Below are positions 8,411-18,522 of a DNA stretch of 64,000 nucleotides, piece after piece (position 1 is the first letter of the stretch; every line of letters starts with the position of its first letter). The stretch covers positions 36,782 to 100,781 of the forward strand of contig JACPEV010000011.1 in the NCBI GenBank assembly GCA_016183325.1, given 5' to 3'. This DNA is from Candidatus Curtissbacteria bacterium (GTDB taxonomy: Bacteria; Patescibacteriota; Microgenomatia; Curtissbacterales; GWA2-41-24). A model generated the notes under the pieces. That model ran no database searches. It saw only the letters and a list, made by a program, of their open reading frames with translations, and was not told where the DNA came from. The position numbers and the translations under genes were made by a program.

Positions 8411-9781
8411 TTACTTGGGTAATTTTTCGATTTGGGATTTGGCGTTTTTGTAGGTAATCTTATATTTATAAGGGTGATAAAGAAAGACCGCTGGGGCATC
8501 TTCCATTAGAAATTTTTGAAAATCATAATAAAGCTCTCTTCTGACATCTTCTTTCTTTTCACTTCTGGCGTCTTCTAAGAGCTTATCTATTTTGACATCT
8601 TTATATTGGGTGATGTTGGTTGCGCTTTGAGTTGAGTGCCACATCGCATATTGGTCAGGATCAGGACTTAATTTGTCTCGCGCTAAAAGTGCTTGAAAAC
8701 TTTCAGGTACGGTTTTGATAACAGTCAATTCTGTTCCGACTCCAATTGCCTGCCAGTCTTGTTTAACTTGGCCGGCAACATCTTCAAGTCCCGGCAGAAC
8801 CGACAGTTTAATTTTCGAATTCGCTATTGCAGATTTTGAGAGAAGTTCTTTAGCCTTGCCGGTATTATAGTCGTATCTTTTAACTGACTCATTGTATGCC
8901 CAACTAGTCGGAGCGATAGGGCTAGTAGCCGAACGTCCTGCAAAATTACTCCTATTGACGGCATAGCTTAAGGCTTGGCGCAATTCTCTTGAGGAAAGCA
9001 GCGGATCTTGGTTATTGAAAAAGATAGTGATAATCTCTTGGTCTTCGACCTCTTTCTCAACAGCCAGAGTTGGCCAGCTTGCGAAGTTTTGGCCACTAGT
9101 TACCTCTACATTTTTGATTTCGCCTATTTTGAGAGCATGGATTGCTTGAGCTTCTGTTTGGTAAAACTTAATATTGACCCTGGGCATTTCCTTATTCTTA
9201 GGTACCAAACTTATTTTTTTGACAATATTTTCTTTCTGATCGATGTCGACGATTCTGAACTGACCTGTTCCGTAGAAGCTCTTAGTTTTGAAGACTGGTT
9301 TGTCAAGAGCAAGGAGAAAAGACGAGATAGGACTTTCCAGCTTAAATTCGATGACCCGATTATTAAGTGCAGTGATTTTGACACCCAAGAGTGCAATAGA
9401 AATATCTTTAGCATCAACAGCAGTCGCATCATGCCACTTGAGATTATCTTTGAGAAAAATCAGATAGGTTTTGCCATCATCAGAAACGGTCCAGTAGGAA
9501 GCAAGTTGCGCCAGCGGCCGGCCATTTCGATCTGTGGTGATTAGCGACTCTGTGACCAGTGACAGCACAGGTGTTGGAATAGTATTGAGAGAATAAACGC
9601 CAACATAGCCAATGTTGAGAGTGTTTTTTTGGCTGAGAAGCGGCCAAACTTTTGATATCAGAAAGACAATTAAGAAAATCGTGGCGACAGAGGCTAAAGC
9701 TGGAAATTTATACCTGATGGCGTAGGCTTGTGTCAGATTCCACCAAAACTTAATTCGCCTTATGGTAACTCCTCTTGACAT
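8411..9781 (-). CDS. Membrane-anchored extracellular solute-binding protein, family 5-like (peptide/nickel type)
   Basis: FLKDNLKWHDATAVDAKDISIAL resembles the SBP_bac_5 signature (..KFHDG.P.TA.DV). N-terminal TM helix. Confidence 0.5.
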   Translation of the reverse strand: MSRGVTIRRIKFWWNLTQAYAIRYKFPALASVATIFLIVFLISKVWPLLSQKNTLNIGYVGVYSLNTIPTPVLSLVTESLITTDRNGRPLAQLASYWTVSDDGKTYLIFLKDNLKWHDATAVDAKDISIALLGVKITALNNRVIEFKLESPISSFLLALDKPVFKTKSFYGTGQFRIVDIDQKENIVKKISLVPKNKEMPRVNIKFYQTEAQAIHALKIGEIKNVEVTSGQNFASWPTLAVEKEVEDQEIITIFFNNQDPLLSSRELRQALSYAVNRSNFAGRSATSPIAPTSWAYNESVKRYDYNTGKAKELLSKSAIANSKIKLSVLPGLEDVAGQVKQDWQAIGVGTELTVIKTVPESFQALLARDKLSPDPDQYAMWHSTQSATNITQYKDVKIDKLLEDARSEKKEDVRRELYYDFQKFLMEDAPAVFLYHPYKYKITYKNAKSQIEKLPK

Positions 9782-9788
9782 TTTGCTT

Positions 9789-10004
9789 TTAGATGATAAC
9801 TAATACGGTGGAGATGATAAAGAAAAGAGTTGCCAGAATTACCGTCAGATAAACAAAAAGTTTTTCTACTCCTCTTTTCGATCTATAAAAGCCACCTTCA
9901 CCCCCGAAAGTTGCAGAGAGACCTGAACCTTTAGCCTGAAGTAGAATTATGACCATAAGAAGGGTAGAGACGATTATTTGGATTATCAGTAGGAAATTTT
10001 TCAC
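9789..10004 (-). CDS. secG: Preprotein translocase subunit SecG
   Basis: 71 aa. LLQAKGSGLSATFGGEGGFYRSKRG flanked by hydrophobic segments, the SecG pattern. Confidence 0.75.
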   Translation of the reverse strand: MKNFLLIIQIIVSTLLMVIILLQAKGSGLSATFGGEGGFYRSKRGVEKLFVYLTVILATLFFIISTVLVII

Positions 10005-11002
10005 TTGTTGATTATTTTCTCGATGGCTTTGGCGATTTTTTGGCTGTGGTGGTAGATCGGATATTGATTGTTAACAAAGTCATCGGCGATAATTTCTGCC
10101 CCAAATTTTTCTAAATTTCTTTTATCGTACTTGACATATGAATAATGAAGATTTGCAGGTATTTTTGATTTTTGGTTGGTATTGACTAGTATTGTATCAA
10201 AAGAAAGATCTTTAAGGTGATTTTTAATAGTCACAAGATAATCCGAGCCCATAAAACCAGCTGTTTCAAAAGGTTTATTGGCAATATTGAGGATAAATAT
10301 TTTTTTAGCTTTGCTCTTGGTTGTTGCGATTTTTATTTTAGGGACGATTAAAACTGGCAGAACTGTAGTGAATAAATCGCCTGGCCCAATAATTAAAAGT
10401 TGAGCTTCTCTGATAGCCGAAATTGCCGGTTTGAAGGCTTCGATATCCGAAGGATCCAGGTGGACTTCGGTCAGAGACTGGTGAGAATTATATTTGCCTA
10501 AATCTATATTTTGCTCGCCATAAATTTTCTGGCCATTTTTAGTTTTGGCCCAAATATTGACGTCGCCAACGGAGGCAGGCAAAACACGGCCTTTTGAGGA
10601 GACAATTTTGCAGAATTCTTCGAGAGCTTTGTTTGTGTCCCCCTTGCAGATATCTGTGAGAGCAACAAAAATAAGATTGCCAAGTTTGTGGCCACCAAGA
10701 TCTGTATCTTTGCCATATCTTTTGCCTGCAAAACGATAGATAAAAAGTTTTTGGAGAATTGATTCTTCGTCGGAAAGAGCGGCGAGGCAGTTGACTAAGT
10801 CCCCTGGAGGCGGAACAGAAAAGGCACGTCTTAGGCGACCCGCTGATCCTCCATCATCGGCCATGGAGACTATGGCTGTCAAATCGTAACTGCCTCTTAG
10901 GCCCTTAAGAATTTGAGCTGTGCCCACACCACCACCAAGACAAACAACCTTTTTTGTTTTTTCGGGGAGTTCAAGGTAGTGTCTGAAAAATTCTGAGAAC
11001 AT
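10001..11002 (-). CDS. Gluconeogenesis factor YvcK-like (UPF0052/CofD family)
   Basis: N-terminal VVCLGGGVGTAQILKGLR. Overlaps secG by 4 nt. Confidence 0.75.
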   Translation of the reverse strand: MFSEFFRHYLELPEKTKKVVCLGGGVGTAQILKGLRGSYDLTAIVSMADDGGSAGRLRRAFSVPPPGDLVNCLAALSDEESILQKLFIYRFAGKRYGKDTDLGGHKLGNLIFVALTDICKGDTNKALEEFCKIVSSKGRVLPASVGDVNIWAKTKNGQKIYGEQNIDLGKYNSHQSLTEVHLDPSDIEAFKPAISAIREAQLLIIGPGDLFTTVLPVLIVPKIKIATTKSKAKKIFILNIANKPFETAGFMGSDYLVTIKNHLKDLSFDTILVNTNQKSKIPANLHYSYVKYDKRNLEKFGAEIIADDFVNNQYPIYHHSQKIAKAIEKIINK

Positions 11003-11061
11003 TGAGGGATATGGTAGCAGAAGGGTATCGAGGGTATCAAGAGTATCGGGGGTATCAAGGC

Positions 11062-11463
11062 CTATTCAAAAATAAGGTGGAGGATTTTTTGCGTGACTGT
11101 GAGTACGAGCGCAATGGCAACGATAGTTGCAATCAGATTCAAATTTGCAGGTTGAATAATAATGCCTGCGATGTCTGCGCCAGGAAAGTTATAAGGAGCA
11201 ATGTTAAATCCTGGCAAGAATGTCAACAAGGCAAAAAGCAGCACAATATTGATAATAAGTGAAAGCAAGCCGAATGTTAAAAGATTGAAAGGCAGAAGTA
11301 TCAAAGAAAATATGGGTTTAATTAGGGTTGAGACGAAAAAAATTGTGCCAACTACGATTAATAAATCTTGGGGATCACCTCCAAGCATAATAGTCGGAAT
11401 GATGCTGTAGGCTACGTAAAAGGAGATGGCAGCTATTATAAAGGTTCTGAGGTAGTGTTTCAT
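11062..11463 (-). CDS. YvlD/DUF360 (phage holin 4_2 family) membrane protein
   Basis: 133 aa, four TM segments. LLPFNLLTFGLLSLIINIVLLFALLTFLPGFNI matches the family core. Confidence 0.55.
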   Translation of the reverse strand: MKHYLRTFIIAAISFYVAYSIIPTIMLGGDPQDLLIVVGTIFFVSTLIKPIFSLILLPFNLLTFGLLSLIINIVLLFALLTFLPGFNIAPYNFPGADIAGIIIQPANLNLIATIVAIALVLTVTQKILHLIFE

Positions 11464-11520
11464 TGGGCAGTGCTTGTATTTAGTATTCTGTATTTAGTAT
11501 CCAGCATTAATTTTTGAAAT

Positions 11521-12777
11521 TCAACTTTTGTTCAGTAGCAGTTGTTTTGAGCGTAAATTTCTGTGATAGGTTATGGCAAAGCGGTGGGCTTCATCTCGGA
11601 TTTCTTGGGCAAGTTGTCTTGCTGGACTTTCTTTTGGAAGAGAGATCGGCAAGGTTTTGTCCTTAGTGTAAATTTCTTCAAATCTTTTGGCAAGGGAGAT
11701 AACTTTTATTTCGAAATTAGATTTGGGTAAGGTTGACAAGACGGCATTTAGTTGGCCGCGTCCACCATCTATGATGATTAGTTGGGGTTTGGGCCAGTCA
11801 TTTTTAAATCTTCGTGACAAGATTTCTTTGAGCATTTGGTAGTCGTTTGGAGTGCTGGTAAGCTTGATTTTGAAACGGCGGTACTGAGATTTATCGCTTT
11901 TGCCATTAATAAAGACGACCATTGAGCCTGTGGCAAGTTTCCCGGAAATATTGGAGACATCGTAGCATTCAATCCTCTTTGGGATCTTTTCTAGTCCTAA
12001 CTGAGTTTTCAGAGCTTGGAGCCTTAGAGTGGTTAGATCATCTACAAGGGTGGGTTGTTCTAGAAATTCCCTGGGGGTTCGGAAACTTGCACCAAGAGAT
12101 TGAATTTTTTCTATTTGTTTTTTGATTTCATTTGCAGTTTCATATCTTTGTTCACCCGCGGCTTTTTTCATTTCTTTGGTCAACGATTTGATAAGTGGCT
12201 GGCTTTTTGTGGAAAGAAGGTCTTTGATTTTGCGGATTGTTTTTTGATATTTGATTTTGGAATCAGCATTTTCATAAGGGTATGGACAAAGTCTCAGGTG
12301 TACGTAAAGACAAGGTTTTTGGGGGTTTCTATGGTGGCAAAATGGGAAGATCCGTCTGATTATTTTTAAAATAGAGCGCGTTTCTTTGGTTGACGGAAAT
12401 GGTCCCTTTAAAAATTCGCCTCTTTTTTGTTTTTGTTTTCTTACAAGCTGGACTTGAGGAATTTCATCTTTGGTGACTTTGATATAGATCGGGCTTTTAT
12501 CGTCTTTGGCTTGTGAGTTGAAAAATGGTTGGTTAGTCCTTATGAGTTCGGCTTCAAGCAACAAAGCCTCGAATTCGGAAAATACTTTAATAAATTCAAC
12601 ATGATCGATTTTTGCAACCAAAAGACTCATTTTTGGGCCGAGATTTTTATTTGTAAAATATGATGCGACCCTTTTTTTTATCGATATTGATTTCCCTACG
12701 TAAAGCAGATTATTCTGTGCATTATAGAATTTGTAGATTCCCGGAGAATCTGGAAGGCTGTCTATGCTTGGTTTCAC
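11521..12777 (-). CDS. uvrC: Excinuclease ABC subunit C, short form (GIY-YIG plus C-terminal RNase H-like endonuclease domain)
   Basis: N-terminal PGIYKFYNAQNNLLYVGKSISIKKRVASYF (GIY-YIG). C-terminal LIIIDGGRGQLNA. At 418 aa it is shorter than canonical UvrC. Confidence 0.75.
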   Translation of the reverse strand: MKPSIDSLPDSPGIYKFYNAQNNLLYVGKSISIKKRVASYFTNKNLGPKMSLLVAKIDHVEFIKVFSEFEALLLEAELIRTNQPFFNSQAKDDKSPIYIKVTKDEIPQVQLVRKQKQKRGEFLKGPFPSTKETRSILKIIRRIFPFCHHRNPQKPCLYVHLRLCPYPYENADSKIKYQKTIRKIKDLLSTKSQPLIKSLTKEMKKAAGEQRYETANEIKKQIEKIQSLGASFRTPREFLEQPTLVDDLTTLRLQALKTQLGLEKIPKRIECYDVSNISGKLATGSMVVFINGKSDKSQYRRFKIKLTSTPNDYQMLKEILSRRFKNDWPKPQLIIIDGGRGQLNAVLSTLPKSNFEIKVISLAKRFEEIYTKDKTLPISLPKESPARQLAQEIRDEAHRFAITYHRNLRSKQLLLNKS

Positions 12778-14708
12778 AGAGGAGATTTTATCATTGGGTG
12801 AGGATTTTTTCTTTTCTTTATCTTTTTGTAGAGGTATAGTCCCGCACCTATGATTAGGATGGCAATTATGACGCTTAGCGCGGACTCGCGGATTAGTACT
12901 AGCTTAAAAATGGGCAGAATTGTTACGGGCCTGGAAATTTCTGATCCTGCATAGCTTATGATTAGCATATCTGTAGCAGTTTTGAAAAGTCCTGCAGATT
13001 GTAACCTGAACGTAAAGTTTTCCTGAGAATATGGAGGAAGGATTGGAATTGTTTGGGAGAAGGTATATCCTGACTCGCTTGAGGGTTTTTGTAGACTGCC
13101 AACTTTTTCAAGCTTTGAGGCTGTTAATTTTAGATCTTGGTTAATAATCGAGGTGGAACCGACATTTTTTATGCCTATTAAGATTCTTGTGGGTATACCA
13201 GATAAAATTTTTTCTTGAGCATTTAGAGTCAACTGAGGCGTAGATGTTGGTTCAGGTAAATCTTTAGCAAATTCTACAAAGACACTTTTTTGTTCAAGTT
13301 GGTTCTTTTTTTTGTAGGCACCGGCAGGATATGGACTTGTTGAGGATACACCTCTTTGGACGAAAGTAATGTGATTAAAGTCAAGCTTATTGAAAAAATC
13401 CAGCCCACCAGATGTTGACCCCCAAGTTGGGTCAACCTGGACCCAACCTAAATTGTCATCCCAATATTCAGGCCAAGCGTGCAAGATATCGCCTTTGTTT
13501 AAGCTTAAGGAAAGAGGTTTGAGGCGCTCGTTTTGCGTATAAGCGTAACCTTCCACTTCACGCGCAGGGATACTGGCAGCCCTGGCTAGAGCAATAAATA
13601 GGTCTGTGAATTCGGTGCAAACAGAATCTTTGGGTGAAGTGATACTTGACGCTGCTCCTTTTCTTTCGATTTTGTCAAGGTTAAGCCTTTCGTTACTATA
13701 TTTTAAAAAGTCAGCAACAAAATTGTAGATTTTTTCAGGCGTTTTCAACTCTTGCGCTTTATCTCGGATGAAAGCGTTGTCCGTTTCCCAATAAATCTGC
13801 GGTTGTGTGTAGAGTTGACGTTCTTCACTAGTTAGGCGAGAAAAAATATTCCTGAAGGGTTTTGAAAAAACTTCAACATAACCTGACGCAGTAATGTCTT
13901 TCTGTTCTTTGGGGGCCAATTTGTATTGGGCAAGAAAATTGCCATCCTTGTCGACCTTGACGTTTGAGGGAGGGGGTTCAACTTTTTCAAGAACCACTTT
14001 TTGATAATTGTTATCAGGCGGGAGAGTAATTGTGGCAAGTTGAGCTGTTAAGTTGTTATTCTCAATATGGTAATTAAGCTTGAACGCAAATATTTGTTTT
14101 TTGCCAAATGACATGGCAATGCCAGATTGAAAAAGTTGGTCTTTGTCAAAGGTGAATTCTTGTTGTAGGCCGGTGCGGTTTGAGCTTTTGGGAGCCGGAA
14201 CAGTTGTTGATAGCTCGCCGAAGGAATAAGGAATTAAAATTTTGGCCTCATAAGCGGTGATGTCGGGGTTTTTGGCGAGTCTGGGAATGGAAATATCCCA
14301 AATTTGGCCGGCTTTTGAGGCCAAGTCACTAGTGGTGTAAGTTAAGGTCCAAGGGAGAGTCTTATCAATTCCGATGACGCGTGCGTTGAAGCGGACGCTG
14401 ATGGTGGTAACGTTGTCATCGAATTTACTGGTTGTTTCCATCGGCCCCTCTTTGTCTTGGGCTTTGACGTTTTCTACTTGAGTAGAGCCGATTTTGAGTT
14501 CGAATTTGTCGGCATAACTATCGTTGGTTTTATTTTTAAGAGTGATGTTTTGGGTAATGTCAGTTTTTCCGTCATCTTTGACCAGGTAGCTCACTTTATA
14601 GGCAGTTTCAAATTCGCCTTGCGCGACTACGTCGCGAGTGATGAGTGATGAGTGATGAGTGATGAGTAAAAAAATAAGAATAAATAAGGACTTCAGAAGA
14701 TAACGCAT
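12774..14708 (-). CDS. Transglutaminase-like (Cys-His-Asp) domain protein with C-terminal TM anchor and signal peptide
   Basis: CTEFTDLFIALARAASIPAREVEGYAYT ... HAWPEYW ... GWVQVDPTWG. Overlaps the uvrC start by 4 nt. Confidence 0.7.
   Translation of the reverse strand: MRYLLKSLFILIFLLITHHSSLITRDVVAQGEFETAYKVSYLVKDDGKTDITQNITLKNKTNDSYADKFELKIGSTQVENVKAQDKEGPMETTSKFDDNVTTISVRFNARVIGIDKTLPWTLTYTTSDLASKAGQIWDISIPRLAKNPDITAYEAKILIPYSFGELSTTVPAPKSSNRTGLQQEFTFDKDQLFQSGIAMSFGKKQIFAFKLNYHIENNNLTAQLATITLPPDNNYQKVVLEKVEPPPSNVKVDKDGNFLAQYKLAPKEQKDITASGYVEVFSKPFRNIFSRLTSEERQLYTQPQIYWETDNAFIRDKAQELKTPEKIYNFVADFLKYSNERLNLDKIERKGAASSITSPKDSVCTEFTDLFIALARAASIPAREVEGYAYTQNERLKPLSLSLNKGDILHAWPEYWDDNLGWVQVDPTWGSTSGGLDFFNKLDFNHITFVQRGVSSTSPYPAGAYKKKNQLEQKSVFVEFAKDLPEPTSTPQLTLNAQEKILSGIPTRILIGIKNVGSTSIINQDLKLTASKLEKVGSLQKPSSESGYTFSQTIPILPPYSQENFTFRLQSAGLFKTATDMLIISYAGSEISRPVTILPIFKLVLIRESALSVIIAILIIGAGLYLYKKIKKRKNPHPMIKSPL
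14633..14667 (+). repeat. Heptanucleotide tandem repeat (ATGAGTG, ~4.7 copies) inside the 5' coding region (signal-peptide segment) of the transglutaminase-like gene
   Basis: Sequence is gagtg atgagtg atgagtg atgagtg atgagta. The unit length is not a multiple of 3. Confidence 0.8.
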
Positions 14709-14804
14709 TAAATCTAGTATCTAGGATTTAGTATTTGGTATCAAGTGTTTTTTGACAAGGAACATCCTTTGGGATTAAGGTTTGCTGAAAACCTACGTCG
14801 GACT

Positions 14805-14872
14805 GTCATTCTGGGAAGCGAAGCGACTCCAGAATCTAATTTTAGTAAGGATTCTGGACAAGCCAGAATGAC
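14805..14872. mobile_element. MITE-like palindromic element, copy 1 (TIR GTCATTCTGG / CCAGAATGAC; inner pair CCAGAATC / GATTCTGG)
   Basis: 68 bp, intergenic, non-coding. Same termini and architecture as the elements at 50999, 54912 and 58784. Confidence 0.7.
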
Positions 14873-14963
14873 AAAATGATGGTTTGTTCTGATATTCTTT
14901 TCTCATTATCGTGAGGTCAATAGGTTTTCAGCAAACTTATTAGATTCATGATTTGACTTTTTG

Positions 14964-17963
14964 TTAAAAGCTCTTTGCCAAAAATTGACCGGTGTATGAA
15001 GATTTGACTCTTGCAACTTCACTAGGTGTACCTTGGGCTACAATTTGGCCTCCGCCGTCGCCACCTTCGGGGCCAAGATCAATTATCCAATCGGTGTTTC
15101 TGATAACGTCCATGTTGTGTTCAATAATAATCACCGTATTACCGGTGTCGACTAGGCGCCTGAGGATTGCAAGAAGTCTTTCGATGTCGGCAAAATGTAG
15201 ACCGGTCGTCGGTTCATCTAATATGTATAAAGTTTTCCCGGTTGCCCTTTTTGAGAGCTCGGTTGCCAACTTTACTCGTTGTGCTTCACCGCCTGAGAGT
15301 GTTGGGGCCGGTTGTCCGAGCCTGATATAGCCAAGGCCAACGTCGTAGATTGTTTCAAGTTTTTGTTTTATCTGCGGGATGTTTTCAAAAAAAGAAAGCG
15401 CTTCTTCGACGGTCATTTCCAGAACTTGCGAGATATTTTTGTTTTTATAATGAATTTCCAGGGCTTCTTGATTGTAACGTTTCCCGTTGCAAACTTCACA
15501 GTCGACGTAGACGTCCGGTAAAAATTGCATCTCGATTTTAACTTGACCATCGCCTTCACAGGCTTCGCAACGGCCGCCTTTGACGTTAAACGAGAAACGT
15601 CCCGGTTTGTAGGCTCGAACTCGCGCATCAGTCGTTTTGGAAAACAAATCCCTGATAAATGTAAAAACACCTGTGTAGGTTGCAGGGTTTGAACGAGGAG
15701 TTCTGCCGATTGGTGATTGGTCAATTAATATTACTTTATCAAGATTTTGGGTGCCATGAATTGTTTTGTGCTGGCCTGCTTTTTGACGTGAATGATAAAA
15801 CTCACTCGCGAGGGCATTATAGAGAACATCGTGAATTAATGTAGATTTTCCTGAGCCTGAAACACCAGTGATACAAATAAATTTTCCGAGTGGGAATTCA
15901 ACGTCGATGTTTTTAAGATTATGTTCTTTTGCTTCAAGGACGGTAAGGACGTTGTTACTGTTTGAGCTTGCCCTGTTACCATACGGCACCAGGCTTGTCG
16001 ACCCTTCGATTTTACTCAGGGTCGACACTGAGTTTATCGAATGTGTCGAGAACTTACCATTCCCCAACACCATACGGTGCAAGGTCGCTCGAAGAATATT
16101 ACTTATATCCACTTTTTTCTTTCCCGAAAGATATTTTCCAGTAAGGGAAGAAGGGTTTTTGATAATTTGCAGCGGGGTTCCTTGGGCTACAATTTTGCCT
16201 CCATGTTCGCCGGCTCCAGGGCCGAAATCCAGAATTTCGTCTGACGCTAGCATCATTTCTCGGTCGTGCTCGACAACTATGACGGTATTTCCGAGCTCTC
16301 TTAATTTCTTGAGAGTGGTGATAAGCCTGTTGTTATCCCGTTGGTGCAATCCAATTGACGGTTCATCAAGTACGTAAAGAACCCCAGATAAACCTGAGCC
16401 GATCTGGCTGGCGAGCCTAATTCGTTGAGATTCTCCCCCTGCGAGCGTGTTTGCCGTCCGATCGATGGTTAGATATTCAAGGCCGACATCCAAGAGAAAC
16501 TGAACCCTTGACATTAATTCTTTTAGGATTGGTGTCGATATTTTCTTATCCCGATCAGAGAGTAATTCACGACTTGTGGATAATTCCTTTAGCCACAAGA
16601 GCAGTTTAAAAATGGAGAACCTAGCAACTTCTGAGATGGATTTTTGTATGATTGTTACAGACAAAGCTTCTTTCTTGAGACGTGAACCTTTACACTCTTG
16701 GCACGTGTCTATCCTTATAAACTTTTCGATCTCGAACCTGACATAATTTGATTCCGTGCCCTTATACTTGCGCTCTAAATTATTTATCACGCCTTCGTAA
16801 TTGGTGTCCCAAGAAACAATACGGCCGTAACGATTCGGACCGGTGATGGTGTATGCTTGATCTCCTGAACCATAAAGCAAAATCTTTCTTGCTTCTTTAG
16901 ACAGATTTTCAATTGGTGCATCCATAGGAATTTTGTTTTCTTTAGCAACTGTTACCAAAACTCTCCAGGACCAGCTGTCGGATTCGACTAGGCGTGCCCA
17001 AGGAAGAATTCCGCCCTCTGAAATGGTCAGGTTGGGATTTAGTACAAGATCGGGGTCGACCTTTCGCAGTACGCCTAGTCCGTTACAAGTTGGACACGCT
17101 CCATGGGGGGAGTTGAAAGAAAACGTTCGTGGCTCAATTTCTGGGAGTGAAATATTGTCTTTGGGGCAGGCGAATTTTTCCGAAAAAAGATGATCTTTTA
17201 GCGCGTTTGGAAACTCGGGAATATCAAAAGTCTTATCCAATATCTCGGCAACGATGATTGTGCCTTCGCCAAGTTTTAAGGCCTGTTCTACTGATTGAAA
17301 CAGGCGGCTGTTTTCGGCGGGGATTGTCAGTCGGTCGATAACTGCATCAACTGAGTGTTTATTTGTCTTTATGAGCACAAAATCTTCGTCAAGTGATTTA
17401 ACCTTTCCGTCGATTCTGACATAACGGTATCCTTGCTTTTGCAAGTCTTTAAATAACTCTTTAAATTCACCTTTTCTGTCTTTAACAACTGGGGCAAGAA
17501 GAAGGATTCTGGTGAGTAGCTTGTGGCTTGTAGCACGTAGTTTTTGGATTTCGTCGACTATTTGTTGAGTTGACATGTGGGAAATTTCCCTGCCGCATAT
17601 AGGACAGTGTGGGTGACCAATTCTGGCAAACAAAAGTCGCAAATAATCGTAGATTTCCGTAACTGTTCCAACAGTGGATCTAGGATTGTGGGAAGTAGAC
17701 TTCTGGTCGATGGAAATAGCAGGAGAAAGGCCTTCAATCGAATCAACGTCGGGTTTATCCATAACTCCCAGGAATTGACGTGCGTATGAAGCTAGCGATT
17801 CGACGTAACGGCGTTGTCCTTCGGCATAGATGGTGTCAAACGCCAAGGAAGACTTGCCCGAACCAGAAATTCCCGTAAAAACAACTAGTTTGTTCTTGGG
17901 AATCTCGACATTGATATTTTTGAGATTATGTTCTCGGGCGCCTTTAATAATTATTTTGTCCAT
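14964..17963 (-). CDS. uvrA: Excinuclease ABC subunit A
   Basis: 999 aa. Two ABC modules ([12 protein letters not shown]; [11 protein letters not shown]) and zinc-finger cysteines. Confidence 0.95.
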   Translation of the reverse strand: MDKIIIKGAREHNLKNINVEIPKNKLVVFTGISGSGKSSLAFDTIYAEGQRRYVESLASYARQFLGVMDKPDVDSIEGLSPAISIDQKSTSHNPRSTVGTVTEIYDYLRLLFARIGHPHCPICGREISHMSTQQIVDEIQKLRATSHKLLTRILLLAPVVKDRKGEFKELFKDLQKQGYRYVRIDGKVKSLDEDFVLIKTNKHSVDAVIDRLTIPAENSRLFQSVEQALKLGEGTIIVAEILDKTFDIPEFPNALKDHLFSEKFACPKDNISLPEIEPRTFSFNSPHGACPTCNGLGVLRKVDPDLVLNPNLTISEGGILPWARLVESDSWSWRVLVTVAKENKIPMDAPIENLSKEARKILLYGSGDQAYTITGPNRYGRIVSWDTNYEGVINNLERKYKGTESNYVRFEIEKFIRIDTCQECKGSRLKKEALSVTIIQKSISEVARFSIFKLLLWLKELSTSRELLSDRDKKISTPILKELMSRVQFLLDVGLEYLTIDRTANTLAGGESQRIRLASQIGSGLSGVLYVLDEPSIGLHQRDNNRLITTLKKLRELGNTVIVVEHDREMMLASDEILDFGPGAGEHGGKIVAQGTPLQIIKNPSSLTGKYLSGKKKVDISNILRATLHRMVLGNGKFSTHSINSVSTLSKIEGSTSLVPYGNRASSNSNNVLTVLEAKEHNLKNIDVEFPLGKFICITGVSGSGKSTLIHDVLYNALASEFYHSRQKAGQHKTIHGTQNLDKVILIDQSPIGRTPRSNPATYTGVFTFIRDLFSKTTDARVRAYKPGRFSFNVKGGRCEACEGDGQVKIEMQFLPDVYVDCEVCNGKRYNQEALEIHYKNKNISQVLEMTVEEALSFFENIPQIKQKLETIYDVGLGYIRLGQPAPTLSGGEAQRVKLATELSKRATGKTLYILDEPTTGLHFADIERLLAILRRLVDTGNTVIIIEHNMDVIRNTDWIIDLGPEGGDGGGQIVAQGTPSEVARVKSSYTGQFLAKSF

Positions 17964-17980
17964 GTCAAAGCTTTAATTAT

Positions 17981-18000
17981 ATCAGAATTTTGATTCTGAT
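17981..18000. promoter_or_regulatory. Perfect 20-bp palindrome ATCAGAAT-TTTG-ATTCTGAT overlapping the uvrA promoter (-10 TATAAT on the minus strand, ~13 nt from the ATG); candidate SOS/LexA-type operator
   Basis: 8-bp inverted arms with a 4-bp spacer, sitting between the divergent uvrA start and ORF 18004. Confidence 0.45.
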
Positions 18001-18003
18001 GGT

Positions 18004-18522
18004 TTGTCCAAAATTCCACCCCGAGTAGAGCACTGGAAAGAACTGACATCTTACGTATATACTTTGCCAATGCAAGAGGTACTTGAACCTGAATCTCTCG
18101 AATCTTTGTTTAGAGAGGTAATGATCATGTTTGTCCTCACAGCTGAAGAAATTGTTGAGGATCACGGGGATGGTATAAATTTTGTCGTTGAAACGTTTTC
18201 AACCGAAAGTCTTTTAAAAGGAATCGATCGAAAAGATTCAGCATTTCTCCGTTTGATTAAGTCTTCATCAGGAGTAATACCGGATTTGTTTCCTGAAAGT
18301 TCTTCTGAAGTTAGAATGTCCAGAGAACAAAATACTTATGATTTTTCAATTTCCTGGACTATCGTTGGAGGAACAATAATCAGTCTCGTCTTTAGTGGCT
18401 ATGAGGAAAAAACTACCAACGAGCCAAATTTATTAGGTGAAGCAAGAATTGCTAATAAAATTGTACACAATTTGAATTCGGCCCTTTGGGACTTGGATAA
18501 TTTACAATCAGACCGCCGGTGA
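18004..18522 (+). CDS. Hypothetical protein (divergent from uvrA; true start possibly the internal ATG near 18070)
   Basis: Only sizeable ORF in the 545-bp uvrA–uvrB spacer. The first codon is TTG. Confidence 0.35.
   Translation: MSKIPPRVEHWKELTSYVYTLPMQEVLEPESLESLFREVMIMFVLTAEEIVEDHGDGINFVVETFSTESLLKGIDRKDSAFLRLIKSSSGVIPDLFPESSSEVRMSREQNTYDFSISWTIVGGTIISLVFSGYEEKTTNEPNLLGEARIANKIVHNLNSALWDLDNLQSDRR

Noticed and set aside
9008-9544. 178-aa plus-strand ORF
   Set aside because: Entirely antisense within the solute-binding-protein gene. Low-complexity translation; spurious.
15868-16377. 169-aa plus-strand ORF (and the other 60-110-aa ORFs at 14992-16244)
   Set aside because: Antisense within uvrA, whose homology is unambiguous.
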